A stretch of 64,000 nucleotides of DNA from Mytilus trossulus. Its lineage: Eukaryota. Below the pieces are notes generated by a model that was not told the origin of the DNA, ran no database searches, and saw only the letters and a program-made list of their open reading frames with translations. The position numbers and the translations under genes were made by a program. This document shows positions 59,801 to 64,000 of this stretch, one piece after another. The stretch spans positions 67,518,001 to 67,582,000 of the forward strand of contig NC_086374.1 of the NCBI RefSeq assembly GCF_036588685.1, in the 5' to 3' direction. The stretch's first letter is position 1. Each line of letters starts with the position of its first letter.

Positions 59801-62714
59801 ATGATATTTGCTGCTTCGCTGATAAGTAAGAGCACACATTGGTCAGCCTAGAGTAAAGCTAATGTGTCTTTGTAATGTAACTTGTCTTTCTTCAGACTGT
59901 TATCTTGTGAACTAACACGATCAATTCTGGCTCAAGAGTGTAGGTCTAGTACAAAGAAGGGTAAATATTAACCACGGGGGGGTCTCTTCCTATTTAAAGG
60001 TATATACATATATGCCGCTGGAATGGGTCCCTTTTTTGATCCATCAAATATATCAATGGGGTGCAATTTTACCGAGGAAATATATCAATAGGTAGTAATT
60101 GACCAATTGTGATATATCAATGGGTCATAAATATATGAATGGGTTATGATTTCGCTGTGAAATATATGTATAGGTAGGGATTTCACAATTATTCAATATA
60201 TGAATGGGGGGTGTTTTTAAAATCCCAGCTGCACACCTGTACCCAAAATCCCATGTTGAGACCCCCCCCCCGTGATATTAACACTGCATTAATATGTTCT
60301 TGTCTTGAATATGCAAAATAATTTGTCACCAGAGGTTAAGCAGCCATTCGTCATCAGCCTCAATTGATTTCATCCTTTAGAATTTTTGAAGTTATAAATG
60401 CCACAATGCCCCATAGCTGATTTCATCCATTAGAATTTATGAAGTTATAAATGCCACAATGCCCCATAGCTGATTTCATCCATTAGAATTTATGTAGTTA
60501 TGAATGCCACAATGCCCCATAGCTGATTTCATCCATTAGAATTTATGAAGTTATAAATGCCACAATGCCCCATAGCTGATTTCATCCATTAGAATTTATG
60601 TAGTTATGAATGCCACAATGCCACATAGCTGATTTCATCCATTTAAATTAAGGAAGTTATAAATGTCACAATGCCCCATAGCTGATTTCATCTATTAGAA
60701 TTTATCAAGTTATAAATGCCACAATACCCCATAGCTGATTTCAAGCTCTTTTTTTTGTGACCAATGGGAAACAATCTTTTGAAAATGTTGATTTTGTTGA
60801 CATCTGCGATTTTGGTATCTTTCAAGAGCTTTAATCTTTGAAACAAGGTTAAATTCTGTACCATTATTTACATTTTGTATTATAGGGTATATTAATTAGA
60901 AACCATATGATTTTCAGAGCATGAAATGTTGAGTCTTGTGTTATTACTGCATCTGTCTTGTCTGTCCTGTTTCAGGCTTGAAACTTAGTTCATTATGAAA
61001 TGTTCTAAATACCTGCTAATAGGGGATTTTAACAAGATTTTGTAGTTCAATGAACATAGAAAAGTGATGGTGCAAGCTGAGCTTAGTGTTTCTTTAAATA
61101 GATATTCTCGCTTAAAAAATTAAGCATGAAATTTCAGAGTTGTAAGTCCAACAGTTTTATAATTTAATGTTTCAGCATGGGAATGAAGGTACCAACCATT
61201 GTAAAAGAGACCAAGGAATCATTAGAGGCAGGTTGCTGTGTTGTTATAGGCCTACAGACCACTGGAGAGGTATACATGCACTGACTAATACATCTTCCAC
61301 TTTTTATACGCCCATCAAAATTTTAACTGGACGTATTATGGTACAATGTGGTATACAAATGTCTGGCATCCGTCTGTCTGGTGTCCACATGTCGCATCGT
61401 AAGTTGAGAACCGCTTATCCAAATTTCATGAAACTTAATATAGTTGTTTTTTATTATGGTCAAACGATCCGTAAACTTTTTGGTGAACATAGGCTTTAAA
61501 CTTTTTGAGGTACAGGACTTTATAACTAAAACAGCGATGTGTATTTTTTACATGTCGCCCTGTATTTCAAAAACGATTTCTGATTATTGCTATAATTTTT
61601 ACACAATTTTTTAATTATATTAATCCAAAGATCTGTATACTTTTTGTTGATTTAAAATTTTATTTTAGAGTTATTGAGTATTTTTGAGGGGGGAGGGGGG
61701 GGGGGGGGGGGGGTATGGTGTCACATGTTGCATTGTATCTTAAAAACCATTAATGACTATTGCTTAAAACTTTACACACTTCTTAGTTATATTAATCTTT
61801 AGATCTGTATGTATTTTGGTGATGATTCAAAATTTTAATTTTAGAGTTATTGTTTTTTTTTTTTGTTCACACGTCGCGCTGTATCTCAGAAACTATTTAT
61901 GATTATTGCATAAAACTTCTCACACAAGACGAAGGGCGTATCATGGGCTCATGGCGCAGCTCTTTATTAGCACACTTGGTTGGGTAGGTTTACATGTTTT
62001 CCTGCAGAATTCATTGTTAGAATTGTGTACAAACACATTTAAAATCCAACTCACCATGACGGTCTTCTTCAAAGAAGGGTAAATATTCATTTTACCTGAA
62101 CATGTCCTTGCGCTGAATACTGACGTTTCATTTATTTTTGTGGGTTGAGAAAAACTTGCATGTTCGTGGATATTTGATTTTGTAATTTTGTCAAAGTCTG
62201 CATACAAGTCTATCGAAAATGTGTCATTTGTTGAATATTTAGTTTCGTGGTCCACCTATACCCACCAAATCCACAAAAATTGGTGTCCATGGAATATTAA
62301 TGAATCCACAGTATGCATTTAATATGCAGCGTGAGGTAAAGCGACCATCCATCATCATCCTCATCATCATGAAACAACTGATCCAAACTGATACCAAACT
62401 TTTATCTTTTTGTTGAATTAGATCTTGAAGGTAGTATGTTGTAATATTTTCATTTTCAAGACATTGAAACGAAAGCTTAAATCAATGTTAGAATTTTCAT
62501 TGGTTGAAGTGTATGATTTGTATGATAGTCAAGTGCTTTGACTTTACAAATAAGTCTTGGTTATTCAGATGCTGTAAAACCCTGTTTTATATTTTAGGCT
62601 AGTTTAGACAGTGAGCTGACAAAGAAAGGCAATCTGACTGGATTTATGTCATTATGTAGAGAAATCCTCACAAGATTTATAAATCAGTACTTTCCTGTCA
62701 TGATTGAAACTAAG
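47234..62714 (+). CDS. SBNO1: Strawberry notch-like DExH helicase-like protein, 5' part, 15 coding exons, incomplete. Join 47234-47811,49250-49340,49788-49895,50301-50387,50911-51002,52184-52252,53142-53224,53824-53942,55159-55211,55493-55556,56132-56302,56947-57014,59504-59614,61176-61269,62598-62714
   Basis: GT-AG introns with consistent phases. Motifs [41 protein letters not shown] (Walker A), [75 protein letters not shown]. The symbol denotes the family. Confidence 0.93.
47882..48934. mobile_element. About 1-kb non-autonomous DNA transposon (P/hAT-like termini)
   Basis: TIR caagggtccggaaa / tttccggatccttg; attgtgta on both flanks, offset by one base on the left. Confidence 0.7.
49250..49340 (+). 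CDS. SBNO1: SBNO-like exon 2 (HPGDIVE)
   Basis: ttttcag / gtaagt. Confidence 0.88.
49607..49722 (-). mobile_element. Hammerhead-repeat relic, GAAA strand deleted
   Basis: Minus strand GCGTCA-CTGATGA-GTCT(TTTGT)AGAC-GCGTA-TGGAGT; flanks match 14432-14553. Confidence 0.6.
49788..49895 (+). CDS. SBNO1: SBNO-like exon 3 ([12 protein letters not shown])
   Basis: ttgcag / gtaagt. Confidence 0.9.
50301..50387 (+). CDS. SBNO1: SBNO-like exon 4 (Walker [12 protein letters not shown])
   Basis: ttttag / gtaatt. Confidence 0.93.
50520..50732. mobile_element. MITE with about 45-bp TIRs
   Basis: ggctcttcacggttactttggtcatattggatagggg / cccctatccaatatggccaaactaaccgtgaagagcc. Confidence 0.8.
50911..51002 (+). 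CDS. SBNO1: SBNO-like exon 5 (IAGIILDN...DLIVDARR)
   Basis: ttgtag / gtttgt. Confidence 0.9.
51165..51435 (+). mobile_element. Hammerhead-repeat relic, plus orientation
   Basis: CTGATGG-GTCT(TTTAT)AGAC-CAAAC at 51394; body matches the reverse complement of 54330-54510. Confidence 0.5.
51619..52136. mobile_element. MITE, TIR catagatgccaacc, 6-bp TSD TTAATG
   Basis: Perfect 14-bp TIR and direct repeat. Confidence 0.8.
52184..52252 (+). CDS. SBNO1: SBNO-like exon 6 (DLTDLG)
   Basis: ttttcag / gtaagt. Confidence 0.88.
52587..52842. mobile_element. MITE, TIR catatctgccaact, 6-bp TSD GACTCG/GACTCA
   Basis: TIR related to 51619-52136. Confidence 0.7.
53142..53224 (+). CDS. SBNO1: SBNO-like exon 7 ([10 protein letters not shown])
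   Basis: ttacag / gtatac. Confidence 0.9.
53350..53565 (+). mobile_element. Decayed tRNA-derived SINE
   Basis: A-box-like tggataagtgg, B-box-like ttgaaccc, tail atagcccaa..gtgcttaaagtggcgttaa; related sequence at 27580-27643 and 58620-58850. Confidence 0.55.
53630..53862 (+). repeat. 3 x 77-bp tandem repeat spanning the acceptor of SBNO-like exon 8
   Basis: ttatttta(a/g)gagtattcagtacatcta at 53661, 53738, 53815. Confidence 0.92.
53824..53942 (+). CDS. SBNO1: SBNO-like exon 8 (DECH box)
   Basis: ttttag / gtgagt. Confidence 0.92.
54249..54590 (-). mobile_element. Near full-length (about 340 bp) decayed hammerhead-repeat unit
   Basis: Begins ataccagg.ttataattt.gta like the 14432 and 49607 copies; core heavily mutated. 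Confidence 0.5.
54597..55017 (+). mobile_element. Family A1 copy (longest)
   Basis: High identity to the 7142 and 35402 copies. Confidence 0.85.
55159..55211 (+). CDS. SBNO1: SBNO-like exon 9 (STKVALSV)
   Basis: gacag / gtatgt. Confidence 0.87.
55493..55556 (+). CDS. SBNO1: SBNO-like exon 10 (SAT motif III)
   Basis: tttatag / gtactg. Confidence 0.9.
56132..56302 (+). CDS. SBNO1: SBNO-like exon 11 (RLGLWGEG...[10 protein letters not shown])
   Basis: ttttag / gtaaat; ORF 56138-56353. Confidence 0.93.
56947..57014 (+). CDS. SBNO1: SBNO-like exon 12
   Basis: gtgtag / gtaaga. Confidence 0.85.
56986..57198 (+). repeat. 4 x 54-bp tandem repeat spanning the donor of SBNO-like exon 12
   Basis: Donor-equivalent positions 57015, 57069, 57123 (GC), 57177. 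Confidence 0.92.
57585..58360. mobile_element. MITE, TIR caggggttaa, 5-bp TSD TACCT, with a nested short MITE at 58021-58153
   Basis: TIRs and TSDs visible. Confidence 0.75.
58444..58610. mobile_element. Small Tc1/pogo-like MITE, TA flanks
   Basis: taccgtatagcgg ... ccgctatacacggta. Confidence 0.65.
59150..59561 (+). repeat. 87-bp tandem repeat (4 copies plus the functional exon start) spanning the acceptor of SBNO-like exon 13
   Basis: Exon-start equivalents at 59163, 59250, 59337, 59424; true exon at 59504 (last spacing 80). Confidence 0.95.
59504..59614 (+). CDS. SBNO1: SBNO-like exon 13 ([15 protein letters not shown])
   Basis: ttacag / gtaagt. Confidence 0.9.
59973..60274. mobile_element. 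MITE, TIR cacgggggggtctc, 8-bp TSD ATATTAAC, internal atatatcaatggg repeats
   Basis: Perfect TSD and TIRs; sits within a decayed SINE-like stretch. Confidence 0.85.
60365..60744 (+). repeat. Minisatellite, 53-bp unit, about 7 copies
   Basis: gctgatttcatccattagaatttatgaagttataaatgccacaatgccccata. Confidence 0.95.
61176..61269 (+). CDS. SBNO1: SBNO-like exon 14 ([11 protein letters not shown])
   Basis: tttcag / gtatac. Confidence 0.92.
61302..61968 (+). mobile_element. HINE-like element with internal ~170-bp repeats
   Basis: Subterminal IR atacgccc/gggcgtat, gtct microsatellite, repeated cacatgtcg..tgtat.tca..aac.att.atgattattgc units. Confidence 0.7.
62598..62714 (+). CDS. SBNO1: SBNO-like exon 15
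   Basis: ttttag / gtaaaa, 117 nt open. Confidence 0.85.
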
Positions 62715-62912
62715 GTAAAACACTTTTTATTTGTATTTTGAAATAATGTCTGAATAAATGAAGCTTTCTCTTAGGCTCTTAGCAAAGGTTTATGTAAGAT
62801 TGATCCTTAAAAGTTGAACCTTGACTTGTAGTATCAATGGGGTGTATATGTGTTCATCTAAGCCCACTTTGTACTGAAAATAAGTTAAATCATTTCATTA
62901 GTTATACTTTAA

Positions 62913-63504
62913 GGTAGATCACCAGTATATATTTTTTGAGACAGATTTTTTTTATAATTTGCCAAAATGAAGATTTTACTATGCTCTTTTCAAAAATTTA
63001 ATAAAAAGTATGGGTCACCGTGCTATTTTTCAAGCAATGAGTCGTTGAAAATTGCAAAAATTTGGTTAGTTTGTTCATGAAAAAAACACATTAGTGTGCA
63101 TAAAAAAAATTCTATGAGATAGAATTTTGAAATAAATTGTGAGAAGAAGGGTTTCATAATATGTTTGAAGAAAATAAAAAGAAAACATGGTGTCACCGAA
63201 CTTGTTTTCTTGCTACAAGTAAAAATAAAAAATTCCCCTATTAGCCCAGTATAAATTTTGTACTAAAAGAGTTATCTCCCCTTAAATGGCTTATTTGAAA
63301 AAAATAGTTTAAAACCCCCAAAAAATGATATTTGATAAAATATTTTGAATGAATCCATTAATAAACAGGTTTTCTTCAAATAGAAAAACAGTCTAACTAT
63401 TGAATTACAATTCTGTCTCTAAATTGGCAGATTTAGGCAAATAACTAGACCGATTTTGTACTGTGATTGTACAATCCAAGATGGCGGTATACCATCAATC
63501 TACC
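62913..63504. mobile_element. Kolobok-like MITE, TTAA TSD, GG termini
   Basis: ttaa-ggtagat ... atctacc-ttaa. Confidence 0.7.
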
Positions 63505-64000
63505 TTAATATTATGTTCTGCAAAAAAATTGTCTTTGGGATCAGATGCAGTCTGGGATATTGCTTTTTACTGAGAAATAAAATATTACCTATATAAACAT
63601 TAAGATAGCTGTCTGCCAGAGTTATGGAACCTCTCTCCAAACATTGATGTTATATAACTATTTATGAATAAAAAGTAGATGTGGTGGTGAATAAGACAGA
63701 AGAAAATTTAGAAAAACCAACTTAATTGTTTGACTAATTGCTGCAATAATGTTAAAGAATGAATAAAGTTGAGAATGGAAATGAGAAATGTGTCAACAGC
63801 AAAAACAGCCCATGACCACCAAAAGGTCTCAAACACTGTGAGAAAATTTTGGACCCTGACTTGGGCTTCTGCTGGTTGAAAAAGACAAATAGACACACGG
63901 GTTATGTTCTTCTCATATATGTTATGATGGTATGATACTAAAAACCTTACGGGAAGGATTGTGCTTGATGTTCATATGATGAAATCATAATCTTTCAGTC

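Overview
AT-rich, intron-rich animal genomic DNA. The repeat landscape suggests a bivalve such as a Mytilus-type mussel, but that is inference. Three genes can be reconstructed by hand. (1) A complete 18-coding-exon R3H/SUZ RNA-binding protein gene of the R3HDM1/R3HDM2/ARPP21/encore family (+, 706-24698, about 1037 aa, all intron phases consistent). (2) A short single-pass membrane protein ORF of unknown family (-, 36246-36629). (3) The first 15 coding exons of a divergent Strawberry-notch (SBNO-like) DExH helicase-like gene (+, 47234-62714, continuing past the window). Introns and intergenic DNA hold many non-autonomous elements: Helentron/HINE-type elements carrying internal satellites, MITEs with TA, TTAA, 5-, 6- and 8-bp target duplications, a three-level nested insertion, tRNA-SINE and LINE relics, and minisatellites. 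Two observations stand out. First, local duplications repeatedly straddle splice junctions (six cases over both large genes), creating arrays of decoy splice sites, and in the SBNO-like gene the exon-derived parts differ from the real exon mostly at third or synonymous codon positions. Second, several decayed copies of a repeat carry a reconstructable minimal type I hammerhead ribozyme (retrozyme/Penelope-like). All coordinates were read by eye; no alignment or database search was run.
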